Assembly: GCA_951812855.1 (NCBI GenBank)
Contig: OX638337.1
Coordinates: 120,001 to 152,000, forward strand
Source of the DNA: an uncultured Lentisphaeria bacterium
GTDB taxonomy: Bacteria > Verrucomicrobiota > Lentisphaeria > JABSQK01 > JAJFLO01
Reading direction: 5' to 3'
DNA length: 32,000 bases
Position 1 is the stretch's first letter; each line of letters begins with the position of its first letter. The notes beneath the pieces are model-generated. The model had not been told where the DNA came from and searched no databases. It saw only the letters and a program-made list of their open reading frames with translations. Position numbers and translations under genes: made by a program. Of this stretch, positions 7,819 to 17,541 are shown piece by piece.

Positions 7819-8640
7819 ATGCGGGTAAATTTATTAAGGAAATTAAAATACAGTTATAAAGCAATTCCGACCGCTTTGACTCTGGGGAATTCTTTGTGTG
7901 GATTCGGTGCTATTTTATATACCCTGCATGCCTTTGCTCCTGAAAAAGGTGAAAATATACCCGAATTGTTGGCCGTTAGTGCCTGGTGTATCATTGGTGC
8001 GATGATGTTTGATATGCTCGATGGATGGACTGCTCGAACTCTCAATGTTCATTCACAGTATGGTGTAGAAATGGATTCTTTGGCGGATATGGTGACATTT
8101 GGAGTTGCACCTGCTGTCATCGTTGCCGTCATGGCACGAACAAATCAGTTTACCTGGCTTCCCTATCACTGGGTTTGGGTTTTCTCAGCAATTTATCTTG
8201 GATGCACAGCATTTCGTCTCGCATTATATAATGTAAAAGCAAGGAACAATGAGAGTGGAGAATCCTTTCACGGTTTACCATCACCCGGCGGTGCAGCAGC
8301 AGTATGCAGTATCATTATTCTCTATGGACATCCTGATTTTAGATCCTATATAATTATCGCTGAAATACTTCCTTATTATGCTGCTGTTTTAGGGATATTA
8401 ATGATCAGTAATATCCCATATGCACATATGGGGCACTGGCTGGGAAGCAAGCGCAAAAACAAGCTTAAAATATTTTTCCTGATAATTTTTTTCACACTCT
8501 TTGCCAGAACCCCTCATATTGTTGCCGCATGTGCTATAAATATCTATATCCTGTCCGGCCCGGTTTATTTATTCATTAGACGGTATCTTCTTAAAAATCA
8601 AAATGTAACACATCTTGCAAATGCAGTCAGTTCCAGTTAG
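7819..8640 (+). CDS. pssA: CDP-diacylglycerol--serine O-phosphatidyltransferase (CDP-alcohol phosphatidyltransferase family)
   Basis: CDP-OH-P motif DMLDGWTARTLNVHSQYGVEMDSLADMVTFG (D-G-x2-A-R-x8-G-x3-D-x3-D) in a multi-TM protein. I prefer ATG 7819 (MRVNLLRKLKY...) over the TTG at 7768 given in the ORF track. Confidence 0.85.
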   Translation: MRVNLLRKLKYSYKAIPTALTLGNSLCGFGAILYTLHAFAPEKGENIPELLAVSAWCIIGAMMFDMLDGWTARTLNVHSQYGVEMDSLADMVTFGVAPAVIVAVMARTNQFTWLPYHWVWVFSAIYLGCTAFRLALYNVKARNNESGESFHGLPSPGGAAAVCSIIILYGHPDFRSYIIIAEILPYYAAVLGILMISNIPYAHMGHWLGSKRKNKLKIFFLIIFFTLFARTPHIVAACAINIYILSGPVYLFIRRYLLKNQNVTHLANAVSSS

Positions 8641-8704
8641 TGATTGCTGCCGACGACAATAAATGGAGCCTGATAAAATAGGTGAGTCTCTGTTGATGCG
8701 TTTT

Positions 8705-8726
8705 CTCTCTCTCTCTCTCTCTCTCT
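8705..8726. repeat. (CT)11 dinucleotide microsatellite followed by a 17-nt alternating purine/pyrimidine tract
   Basis: A perfect ctctctctctctctctctctct at 8705-8726 is followed immediately by acatatatgtatatgta (8727-8743). It is intergenic, ~275 nt upstream of the 9002 start codon. Confidence 0.98.
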
Positions 8727-9001
8727 ACATATATGTATATGTAACCTGGACGGATTGGTCAAATTATGTGGTGGAAGATAAAGACGGCGGGATAAGAAAA
8801 ATCCTATCAGTCTAAAGACATTGGATCGCAATAGAAGAGATGAAAATAGTAACCCCATCCCCTCGGCATAGACTTTTCACAAGATATCAGACAACAACGA
8901 ATTATGGCATCAATGATATGCTATTTTTGATTATAACAGAAAATTTTTTTTGTAACAAATATCATTCAGCAAAATTTGACCCGTTTTAGATCGTTCGTCG
9001 T

Positions 9002-10609
9002 ATGAGTATTAAGAGAATTAAAATTAAATTAATACTTTTAGTTACTCTTATTGTTACTGGTTATACCTGGAGCCAATGTCCCTTTGGTGACCCTGTCAGA
9101 GAGAGTCCTGAAGATGATTTTACGACAATGTATATACTCCTTGAGGTCAGGAAGGATGGAAGTCCTCTACCTGTATCCGATGAAACTGAAATAGGAATAT
9201 TTGTTGGCCGGGAACTGCGTGGGAAAGCAAAGCTAAACCATTTTCCTCCAGTTAATAAAACAGCAGCACAGGCAGTTTTTGAGGCAAAGGCGGATGAAAC
9301 AGTACGTTTTGAAATTTGTGATTCTTCAGGTGCAAATTTTGATATAGCCGAGACGCTGACCATAGTTGCCGGTACGGAAGACTATGATAACGGACTGGCA
9401 GAAAGTCCTCCATTTACGAATGCACTGGTTTATAACGTGGTTGATACTACACCCCCATCAATAAAATCCATTACTTCGACGACAGCTGATGGATCTTATA
9501 ATGCCGGCGATTCGGTTAATGTAACGGTTAATTTCAGTGAAGCAACGACACTGGTCGGCGGTTCCCTGGTCGTAACATTGGAAACCGGAAGCACCGATGC
9601 AACTGTTTCTTTCGACGCATTTACTGCTCAAACGAGTGTCAGCGGCAGTTTTACTATAGCGAGTGGATTTGAAACCCTGGATCTTACCGTAAACAGCGTT
9701 ACATTCACAGGGACAATACAGGACACGAATACTCCGGCAAATACAGATACATCGGGTACTTTAGCGATTCCGGACGGACAAAATATTGCGGACAGTAAAG
9801 CAATTGTCATCGATGCTGTTGTACCGACAATTACCTCTGTTACTTCCAGTACAGCTGACGACGTATATACGGTTGGTACTTCAATTGCATTTACTGTTAA
9901 TGTATCGGAACCTGTAGAGCTTCAAGGCGGCAGTCTGAGAATAATTTTTGAAACCGGTACTGATGATGCGGAAGTTGTACTGACAGATTTCAGTTTGACA
10001 AATGCTTTTTCAGGAAGTTATCCGATCCAGTCAGGCCATAATTCCGCTGATCTTGACGTAAAAGAATTAGTCCTTCTTTCCGGCACGTTGAAAGATGCAG
10101 CAGGTAACAATGCTGATTTAGCTTCACTTCCGTCTCCAAATTTAGCATCCGGCAGTGCGATTGTTATTGATGCAGTCAAACCTGTTATTACCGCAGGTCA
10201 GTTGTTTACTGTAGATGAAAATGCCGCAGCGAATACAAACGTTACTGATACTGCTGGAAGCGGGCTTGTTCAGGTTACTGATAATAGAGTTACAGCAGGG
10301 AATTTTACTAATTTTACGATTACCACGAGTACTGCTTCCGGTTTTGTAATAGATTCTGCAACCGGACAGATAAGTGTCGGTGCAACTGCTCTTGATTTGG
10401 AAACTGTTGAGTCAACGACTGTGACTTTAGGAATTACCGTCTCAGATGGTGTCAATACATCTGATGCCGTTGATGTTACAACGACAAGTGTTAAAACTCT
10501 AATACAGTTCATTGCCGTACAGATTTTCTTCAGATCTCAGTACGATCTGAAATTTTTTCTTTGCAAAGTTCAAAATCAATTTGGTGTAATAGATTGTGAA
10601 TCTTTATGA
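9002..10609 (+). CDS. Secreted Ig-like/cadherin-like repeat protein (adhesin-like), probably 3'-truncated
   Basis: Signal peptide (MSIKRIKIKLILLVTLIVTGYTWS). An N-terminal ~125-aa domain is followed by two ~120-aa Ig-like repeats (P-x-I-x-S-[IV]-TS-x-TAD..Y..G.S[IV]..TVN[FV]SE...AIVIDAV). A cadherin-like module follows (FTVDENAAANTNV...ATGQISV...LDLETVESTTVTLGITVSDG). The last ~40 aa are non-homologous and include a terminator hairpin. Confidence 0.8.
   Translation: MSIKRIKIKLILLVTLIVTGYTWSQCPFGDPVRESPEDDFTTMYILLEVRKDGSPLPVSDETEIGIFVGRELRGKAKLNHFPPVNKTAAQAVFEAKADETVRFEICDSSGANFDIAETLTIVAGTEDYDNGLAESPPFTNALVYNVVDTTPPSIKSITSTTADGSYNAGDSVNVTVNFSEATTLVGGSLVVTLETGSTDATVSFDAFTAQTSVSGSFTIASGFETLDLTVNSVTFTGTIQDTNTPANTDTSGTLAIPDGQNIADSKAIVIDAVVPTITSVTSSTADDVYTVGTSIAFTVNVSEPVELQGGSLRIIFETGTDDAEVVLTDFSLTNAFSGSYPIQSGHNSADLDVKELVLLSGTLKDAAGNNADLASLPSPNLASGSAIVIDAVKPVITAGQLFTVDENAAANTNVTDTAGSGLVQVTDNRVTAGNFTNFTITTSTASGFVIDSATGQISVGATALDLETVESTTVTLGITVSDGVNTSDAVDVTTTSVKTLIQFIAVQIFFRSQYDLKFFLCKVQNQFGVIDCESL
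9452..10180 (+). repeat. Two tandem intragenic ~120-codon Ig-like domain repeats
   Basis: aa 151-274 (PPSIKSITSTTADGSYNAGDSVNVTVNFSE...SKAIVIDAV) and aa 275-393 (PTITSVTSSTADDVYTVGTSIAFTVNVSE...GSAIVIDAV) align by eye over their full length. Confidence 0.75.
10529..10559 (+). terminator. Rho-independent terminator lying inside the 3' end of the 9002-10609 ORF
   Basis: Perfect 8-bp stem ttcagatc (10529-10536) / loop tcagtac / gatctgaa (10544-10551), followed by aTTTTTTc (10552-10559). Confidence 0.6.
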
Positions 10610-10686
10610 TAAACTGTCAATGTTGTCATTATAGTATCTGTGAATTGTAAGGCTTTTTCGTAAATTATAATACTATAATTGACCAC

Positions 10687-10715
10687 TTGATTTGATACTT
10701 GATAAAGTTTACAAT
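10687..10715 (+). promoter_or_regulatory. Sigma70-like promoter candidate for uvrB
   Basis: TTGATT (10687-10692), a 17-nt spacer, then TACAAT (10710-10715), ending 44 nt upstream of the uvrB ATG. This is a sequence match only. Confidence 0.4.
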
Positions 10716-10758
10716 GACTAAATTGTAAATAGTGATACCTCATTTTGAATTTCAAATA

Positions 10759-12765
10759 ATGAAACCATTTCAATTAACATCAAATTTTACTCCGGCAGGT
10801 GATCAGCCCGATGCGATAAATGCATTAACGGATGGATTAAAATCAGGAAAAACGCATCAAACACTTCTGGGGGTGACAGGTTCAGGGAAAACGTATTCAA
10901 TTGCTAATGTAATTGAGCGAATTCAGAGACCAGCAATTGTGGTGACGCATAACAAAACACTCGCAGCACAATTGTATAGTGAATTTAAGAACTTTTTTAA
11001 GAATAATGCAGTTGAATATTTTATCAGTTATTACGATTATTATTTGCCGGAAGCATATATCCCGCAAACAGATACCTATATTGCAAAAGATTCATCAATC
11101 AATGATGACATCGAAAAACTTCGACTTGCTGCAACCAGTTCTCTAATGGAACGCCGTGACGTTATTATTGTGGCGAGTGTATCATGTATTTACGGGTTGG
11201 GATCACCGGAAGATTTTGCCAGAATGAGTCTGTATTCCAAGGTTGGTGATGATTTAAACCATGAGGAATTTTTTAGTGCTCTGGTGAAGCTGATGTATGA
11301 TCGAAATGACATTAGCTGCCAACGTGGAACCTTCCGGGTGTCCGGGGATACCGTTGATGTATTTTTGGCGTATCGGGATGATTTTATTCGCTTCGAATTT
11401 TGGGGTAACACGATTGAACGGATTTCCTGCAGGGATCCGTTGACTGCGAGAGTTAAATATTCTTTAGATTCAATTCGGATTTTTCCTGCGAAACACTTTA
11501 TGCTGCCTGAAGATCGATTTTCAGCAGCGAAAAGAGATATTATTGCTGAAATGAAAGAGCAGGTTAAATATTTTGAAGAGCAGGATAAATATGTTGAAGC
11601 TCAGCGGATTTTTCAAAGGACAACATACGATTTGGAAATGATGGGTGAATTAGGGTACTGCAGCGGGATTGAGAATTATTCACGACATTTGTCGAATCGG
11701 GAGCCGGGATCAAGGCCGTATACTCTGCTTAATTATTTTCCGGACGATTTTGTAACCATCATTGATGAATCCCATGTGACGATTCCGCAGCTTCAGGCAA
11801 TGTATAACGCTGATCGCAGCCGAAAGTTGACGTTGGTTGAACACGGATTCAGACTGCCATCTGCATTGGACAACAGACCACTCAACTTTGAGGAATTTAA
11901 TGATGTTACAGGTCAAATAGTATTTGTCACTGCAACACCCGGGAAACATGAGATTTCCTGTTCAATTCCTATAGAACAGGTTGTTCGCCCAACCGGGCTG
12001 CTTGATCCGGAAGTTTTAATTCGGCCGCTTGAAAATCAGGTTGATGACTTAATTAATGAAATTCGTGATGCAGCCGCTAAAAATGAGAGAGTACTTGTTA
12101 CTACACTGACTAAGCGAATGTCGGAAGATTTAGCCGATTATCTGAAAGATATTGACATTCGTGTCAAATATATTCATTCTGAGATTGATGCGTTGGAACG
12201 AGTCGAGATTTTGCGAGATTTACGACAGGGAAAAATTGATTGTCTGGTGGGCATCAATTTATTACGAGAAGGATTGGATTTGCCGGAAGTTTCGTTAGTT
12301 GCCATTTTAGATGCCGATAAAGAGGGATTTCTTCGTTCAGAAACCTCGTTGATACAAACAGCAGGACGTGCGTCCCGGAATGCCAATGGCCGGGTGATAT
12401 TGTATGCCGATCAAAAGACTAAGAGTATTACCCGAATGATGGAAATAACAACACGGCGTCGTTCAAGACAGCAGCGTTATAATAAGCGAAATAATATCGT
12501 CCCCAAAACAGTTAAACGTGCGATTCAGGAAAGTCTATATTCAAGTGACAGAAACGTTGAAGAATCGAGTTTAATGATATTCGAAACCCGGGATGAATTA
12601 GATGAAACTATTTTAAGTTTGGAGAAAGAAATGCTGGAGGCTGCGGAGTCACTGGAATTTGAGCGGGCTGCACTATTACGCGATCAAATCGCAACACTGA
12701 AACAAGAAGAAGAAGCCTTGAAAAATCCCTCAAGAACCAGGAAAAAGAAAAAAATCAGATATTAA
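10759..12765 (+). CDS. uvrB: Excinuclease ABC subunit B
   Basis: MKPFQLTSNFTPAGDQPDAI..., Walker A GVTGSGKT, helicase motifs (DESHVT, TATPG, LLREGLDLPEVSLVAILDADKEGFLRS, QTAGRASRN) and the C-terminal UVR motif (LEFERAALLRDQI). ATG 10759 is preferred to the upstream GTG at 10732. Confidence 0.97.
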   Translation: MKPFQLTSNFTPAGDQPDAINALTDGLKSGKTHQTLLGVTGSGKTYSIANVIERIQRPAIVVTHNKTLAAQLYSEFKNFFKNNAVEYFISYYDYYLPEAYIPQTDTYIAKDSSINDDIEKLRLAATSSLMERRDVIIVASVSCIYGLGSPEDFARMSLYSKVGDDLNHEEFFSALVKLMYDRNDISCQRGTFRVSGDTVDVFLAYRDDFIRFEFWGNTIERISCRDPLTARVKYSLDSIRIFPAKHFMLPEDRFSAAKRDIIAEMKEQVKYFEEQDKYVEAQRIFQRTTYDLEMMGELGYCSGIENYSRHLSNREPGSRPYTLLNYFPDDFVTIIDESHVTIPQLQAMYNADRSRKLTLVEHGFRLPSALDNRPLNFEEFNDVTGQIVFVTATPGKHEISCSIPIEQVVRPTGLLDPEVLIRPLENQVDDLINEIRDAAAKNERVLVTTLTKRMSEDLADYLKDIDIRVKYIHSEIDALERVEILRDLRQGKIDCLVGINLLREGLDLPEVSLVAILDADKEGFLRSETSLIQTAGRASRNANGRVILYADQKTKSITRMMEITTRRRSRQQRYNKRNNIVPKTVKRAIQESLYSSDRNVEESSLMIFETRDELDETILSLEKEMLEAAESLEFERAALLRDQIATLKQEEEALKNPSRTRKKKKIRY

Positions 12766-12793
12766 TACCAAAACACAATAAAATAAAAGAATC

Positions 12794-13471
12794 ATGAAAA
12801 ATGCAATCGTACTACTCAGTGGCGGGTTGGATTCAACAACGACACTGGCCATAGCAAAAGAAGCAGGTTTTCAAATATATGCTATGTCATTCGATTATGG
12901 ACAAAGGCATTATATAGAGCTTGAATCAGCTAAAAAGACAGCCACTGAATTTAACGTTATTTATCATAAAATTATTTCAATTGATCTAACAATATTCGGA
13001 TACTCCGCATTGACAGATGATATTGATGTTCCGAAGCGAAAATCAGTTAAGGAAATTCAAAACGACATTCCAATCACGTATGTCCCTGCTCGCAATACTA
13101 TTTTCCTTTCTTATGCTGTTGCCTGTGCCGAAGTAAATCAGGCTCACGATATTTTTATTGGTGTTAATGCCGTTGATTACAGTGGCTATCCGGATTGTCG
13201 AACAGAGTATATAAAAGCTTATCAGAAGATGGCAAATCTTGCAACGAAAACCAGTGTTGAAGGTCAGCAACTAACCATCCATACTCCTCTCATCAACCTG
13301 AGTAAATCTGATATCATCACAAAAGGAATAAACCTTGGTGTTGATTATGGTTTGACACACAGTTGTTATCATCCTCTGATCAACAATTCACCCTGCCGGC
13401 AATGTGACAGTTGTCTATTGCGGGCAAAGGGTTTTTTAGATGCGGGTGTATGCGATCCCTTAATCAAATAA
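12794..13471 (+). CDS. queC: 7-cyano-7-deazaguanine synthase QueC
   Basis: PP-loop [20 protein letters not shown], and the C-terminal Zn cluster (SCYH...CRQCDSC). Confidence 0.93.
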   Translation: MKNAIVLLSGGLDSTTTLAIAKEAGFQIYAMSFDYGQRHYIELESAKKTATEFNVIYHKIISIDLTIFGYSALTDDIDVPKRKSVKEIQNDIPITYVPARNTIFLSYAVACAEVNQAHDIFIGVNAVDYSGYPDCRTEYIKAYQKMANLATKTSVEGQQLTIHTPLINLSKSDIITKGINLGVDYGLTHSCYHPLINNSPCRQCDSCLLRAKGFLDAGVCDPLIK

Positions 13472-13947
13472 ATTGGCTGTTATTTTTCTTTTCCGGAATC
13501 AGATTATGTCTCTTTTTCATTATTTTTACACACTCCGCCTTACCCCAATCGGTATAATTGATGACCCGTGCAGCCTGTTGATTTACAATTAACCGGTATT
13601 GAAAGCCGGACGCTGTCCAACTGTCCGGAATAATTTCTGATATGGATAATGTGATGATAAATGAAAGTATAGTCGCCGGATATTCCAGTTAACCACACCT
13701 CCAGTTTTTAACAGTCTTAATCAAATTGAACCACAGGCGGCCCGTGCCGATTCAGTTCCAGCCAACGTAACAGTGCACATTTTCCGGAGCAATATATTGG
13801 CACATGCGGCCGGTAATAATCGAAATTGATTTGCCCGCCAATGATGACAACGGGTGCGTGTTATTCGACTCCAAATCGTTAATGGCAAGAAAGTGTCTGT
13901 TGATGCGGGAATCGCTGTAACGTGCTCGTCTCAGGCGAGATAAGTAT

Positions 13948-14032
13948 TGGTGGTAGGGGAAGGACTCGAACCTTCGAAGGCATCGCCAGCAGATTTACAG
14001 TCTGCCCCCTTTGACCGCTCGGGAACCCTACC
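13948..14032 (-). tRNA. tRNA-Tyr (anticodon GUA), class II with long variable arm, CCA encoded
   Basis: The reverse complement folds with acceptor GGTAGGG/CCCTACC, anticodon stem GCAGA/TCTGC with loop CTGTAAA, a long variable arm, T arm GAAGG-TTCGAGT-CCTTC, and discriminator A plus CCA. Confidence 0.93.
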
Positions 14033-14208
14033 GTTTGTCTAAATTTCAGTTGCTTTAGAAAAAAGAAGATCACTGAACACAGCGTTTCAAAGGGATTCAC
14101 TGTTTCTAAGAAGCATACTCTATTCTTTCTTCCTCTTACTCAATTAAAATTTGTCATAAATAATAAACCGGTGTGTTTTCCTTGCAAGCTCCTATAATAA
14201 TAAAGTTA

Positions 14209-14571
14209 CTAAAAATTTATTGAATCCTTTTCGTCATCTGATTCAGAAGGGCAGGGGACCCATTTATTTTCACCGGTCTTATCTTTGAGAAGTATTTCTA
14301 TCTTTTTCTCTGTTTCTTCTAACTTTGCTGTGCAAAAATCAGCCAATTTTGATCCTTCTTCAAAGTGTTTCATGCTTTTTTCTAAACTGAGATCACCACG
14401 CTCCATTTCATCGACAATAGATTCAAGTCTCTGCAGAGATTTTTCAAAATCAGGCTGATTGTTTTTAGATTGCTTTTTGCTCTTTTTACTGGGTGATGTT
14501 TCCTTTTTTTTCAAATTTTCGGTATTAGATTCCTCGTTTTCAAAACCCAAATTAAATTCCTGATCATTCAT
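14209..14571 (-). CDS. xseB: Exodeoxyribonuclease VII small subunit XseB (with low-complexity N- and C-terminal extensions)
   Basis: The core FEKSLQRLESIVDEMERGDLSLEKSMKHFEEGSKLADFCTAKLEETEKKIEIL matches XseB. It is preceded by ~40 K/S/E/N-rich residues, giving 120 aa versus the usual ~70-80. Confidence 0.85.
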   Translation of the reverse strand: MNDQEFNLGFENEESNTENLKKKETSPSKKSKKQSKNNQPDFEKSLQRLESIVDEMERGDLSLEKSMKHFEEGSKLADFCTAKLEETEKKIEILLKDKTGENKWVPCPSESDDEKDSINF

Positions 14572-14712
14572 TTATTCATCCTTTACATATATTAACTGTA
14601 TCCTTTTATTTCACCGATTATATTAAACCATCCGAAATGGCCCGGAAATTTGTAAACCTGTTTTTGCCAAATTTAATTCCAAATATAAAATCACATCAGA
14701 TGTAAACTGAAA

Positions 14713-17541
14713 TCAATGTGCTTCAAGCCAATTTTTACCCAGGCCTATTTTAACAATTATCGGTACGTCCATTGCAATTGCATTTTCCATTTCGTTTTTG
14801 ATCATCGGAATAACTTTTTCACGCTCTTCACGAAATAAATCAAATACAAGTTCATCGTGAATCTGGACCAGCATTTTGGTCTTATACGAATTGATTTTCA
14901 GTTTTTTATGGATATTAATCATTGCAATTTTAATCAGATCTGCTGCGGTTCCCTGAATCGGAGCGTTTATGGCATTACGTTCTACTGCGGCACGGATCGT
15001 TCCATTTTGAGAATTAATATCCTTTAAATATCGTTTGCGTCCCATCTTTGTCATTACAAATTCATTGTCATGAGCAAATTCTATGGTTTTATCCATGTAT
15101 TCTTGTACTTTAGGGTATTTTTCAAAATAGTGATCAATAATAAACTTTGCTTCTGTTCGGGGAATATTCAGTCGTTGGGACAGGCCAAATGCACTAATAC
15201 CGTAAATAATACCGAAATTAGCCATTTTTGATTTTCGACGCATATCATCAGTTACCTCATCAACTTCCACGTCAAAAATTTTAGAAGCTGTCGCATTGTG
15301 GATGTCAATATTTTTTTGAAATGCACTAATCATTCCGGCATCACCGCTGAGTTCAGCGATGATTCGCAGTTCAATTTGTGAATAATCTGCTGACAGTATC
15401 AAATAATCGTTATTTCTGGGAATAAATGCTTTTCGAATTTCTCTGCTTTTTTTCGTTTTAATTGGGATATTTTGTAGATTCGGATGTTGTGAATTTAAGC
15501 GACCTGTAGAGGTAACGGCCTGATTAAATGTTGTATGAATTCTATTGGTTTTTGAAAAAATTTTCTCTGGCAGCGTATCGACATACGTATTTTTTAATTT
15601 TCTATAAGATCTATAGTCTAAAACATTACTGATTATGGGATGCTTTGATGCTAATTTTGTGAGAACCGCTTCTGAGGTACTGTATTGTCCGCTTTTTTTA
15701 GTTTTAGCAGCTTTTGCGTTTAATTGCATATGATCAAATAGAGTCTCTCCCAATTGTTTTGGAGAATCAATATTAAAATCGATTCCTGCCTGTTGTTTGA
15801 TTGACGCACTTAATTTGGCAATTTCAGCATCAAGCGTAACAGAATATTGTTTTAATGTGTCAACATCGATTTTTATCCCCTCCATTTCCATGCTGACCAG
15901 AACTTCGACCAGCGGCATTTCTATGTCAGTAAAAACAGATAAACAATCTTTCTCAAGTAAAAGAGGTTCAAAAATTTCTTTCAGCTGAAACGTGACATCT
16001 GCGTCCTCCACTGCGTATTCGGTAACCTTTTCAGCATCAATCTCCCTCATGCTATGCTGTGATTTCCCTTTTTCTCCAATAAGGGAGGTGATGGATATGG
16101 GTTGATATTCCAGAAAGACCTCCGCCAAAAAATCCATATTATGTCGAGATTCAGACTCAATAAGATAGTGAGCAAGCATGGTATCAAATAATTTGCCATT
16201 AACGGTAATGCCGTACCATTTTAATACGCTGATATCAAATTTTAAATTGTGCCCAATTTTTGATATCTCCGGATTTGCAAAAATAGAACGGAACTTTTCT
16301 AAGACCGCCTGGGTATCGTTACGATTATCTGGAAGAGACAAATAGTAACCTGAATGTTTTTTTACGGTAAAGGCTATTCCAACTAATTCTGTGCTTTTCG
16401 TATCCAGTCCAGTTGTTTCAACATCAAAACAGAATGATTTTTGTACTGATAAAATTGACTGCAGTAACTGATAACCATCATTTGTGTTTATCAGTTGGTA
16501 GTCATGGTTGACATCATTAATTGTTTTAAGCTTCTTAAATAATTCATCAGTAAATAGATTTTCAGATTCTTCTTTGATTTTCGATTCAGGTTTTGTGGAA
16601 AATAATTCGAGCCCATCTGTGTTTAACTGATTAACAGGAGTACCCCAATTACCTTGAGATATTGTGGAAAAAAAACGTCTGCCTAATGTTTTAAATTCAA
16701 ACTCTGCGAATAATTGTTTTAATAAATGAAGATTAGGTGGTTGAGCCTTTAGTATATCAAGATCGGTATCAACAGGTGTGTTGCAATTAATGGTTACAAG
16801 CTTTTTCGAGATTAGTCCCTGGTCAGCGAATTCGATTACTCTCTGTTTTTGCTTTCCTTTTAGTAATTCAACGTTTTCAATAATTTTTTCAACGGAACCA
16901 AACTGTTTTATCAGCCGTTTAGCTGTTTTTTCGCCAATGCCGGGAATGCCTGGGATATTGTCACTGCTGTCTCCCCAAAGCCCGAGAATATCAATAACCT
17001 GTTCAACTCTTTCAATATCCCAGTTTTTCAGAATTTCATTTACACCCAGTATTTCAAAATCACCTCCTGAACGAGCCGGTTTATAAATATAACTGTTGGT
17101 ATCGACAAGTTGTGCAAAATCTTTATCTGGTGTAACCATATACGTTTCAAAATGTTCAGTTTCAGCCTTACGGACTAATGTACCAATAATGTCATCGGCT
17201 TCATAACCGGGGCAGGTCAGTGTTGGAATATTAAATGCCTCGGTTATTTTATAAATAAAGGCAATGGAGTTGCTGATGTCTTCAGGCATTGCGTCTCTCT
17301 GTGCTTTGTATTGCGGAAATTCTATATGACGCTGTGTCGGTTCGCCGGTGTCAAAAGCAACTGCGATATGAGTTGGATTTTGTGTCTCAAGCAGGTTAAT
17401 GAGGGTATTTGTGTATCCAAATATAGCTGATGTATTAAATCCGCCGGAGGTAATTCTTGGATTCCCGGTCAGTGCAAAATATGCCCGGTATATTAAGGCC
17501 ATTCCGTCAAGCAGAAATAGTTTTTTTGAAAGTTTCTCCAT
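14713..17541 (-). CDS. polA: DNA polymerase I
   Basis: 942 aa. 5'-nuclease domain (LLDGMALIYRAYFA..., GIPGIGEKTA); 3'-5' exo domain (FCFDVETTGLD, HNLKFD); pol motifs A/B/C (LSADYSQIELRI, RRKSKMANFGIIYG, VQIHDELVF). Confidence 0.97.
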   Translation of the reverse strand: MEKLSKKLFLLDGMALIYRAYFALTGNPRITSGGFNTSAIFGYTNTLINLLETQNPTHIAVAFDTGEPTQRHIEFPQYKAQRDAMPEDISNSIAFIYKITEAFNIPTLTCPGYEADDIIGTLVRKAETEHFETYMVTPDKDFAQLVDTNSYIYKPARSGGDFEILGVNEILKNWDIERVEQVIDILGLWGDSSDNIPGIPGIGEKTAKRLIKQFGSVEKIIENVELLKGKQKQRVIEFADQGLISKKLVTINCNTPVDTDLDILKAQPPNLHLLKQLFAEFEFKTLGRRFFSTISQGNWGTPVNQLNTDGLELFSTKPESKIKEESENLFTDELFKKLKTINDVNHDYQLINTNDGYQLLQSILSVQKSFCFDVETTGLDTKSTELVGIAFTVKKHSGYYLSLPDNRNDTQAVLEKFRSIFANPEISKIGHNLKFDISVLKWYGITVNGKLFDTMLAHYLIESESRHNMDFLAEVFLEYQPISITSLIGEKGKSQHSMREIDAEKVTEYAVEDADVTFQLKEIFEPLLLEKDCLSVFTDIEMPLVEVLVSMEMEGIKIDVDTLKQYSVTLDAEIAKLSASIKQQAGIDFNIDSPKQLGETLFDHMQLNAKAAKTKKSGQYSTSEAVLTKLASKHPIISNVLDYRSYRKLKNTYVDTLPEKIFSKTNRIHTTFNQAVTSTGRLNSQHPNLQNIPIKTKKSREIRKAFIPRNNDYLILSADYSQIELRIIAELSGDAGMISAFQKNIDIHNATASKIFDVEVDEVTDDMRRKSKMANFGIIYGISAFGLSQRLNIPRTEAKFIIDHYFEKYPKVQEYMDKTIEFAHDNEFVMTKMGRKRYLKDINSQNGTIRAAVERNAINAPIQGTAADLIKIAMINIHKKLKINSYKTKMLVQIHDELVFDLFREEREKVIPMIKNEMENAIAMDVPIIVKIGLGKNWLEAH

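Noticed and set aside
8637-8858. 73-aa minus-strand ORF containing RERERERE.
   Set aside because: The open frame is created by the (CT)11 microsatellite. It is a repeat artefact, not a gene.
13472-14032. An integrated element with an att duplication at tRNA-Tyr.
   Set aside because: No copy of the tRNA 3' end (ggttcgagtccttcccctacca or its complement) recurs in the flanking 500 bp. No integrase gene is present.
13879-14100. 73-aa minus-strand ORF.
   Set aside because: It overlaps tRNA-Tyr (13948-14032) completely, so it is spurious.
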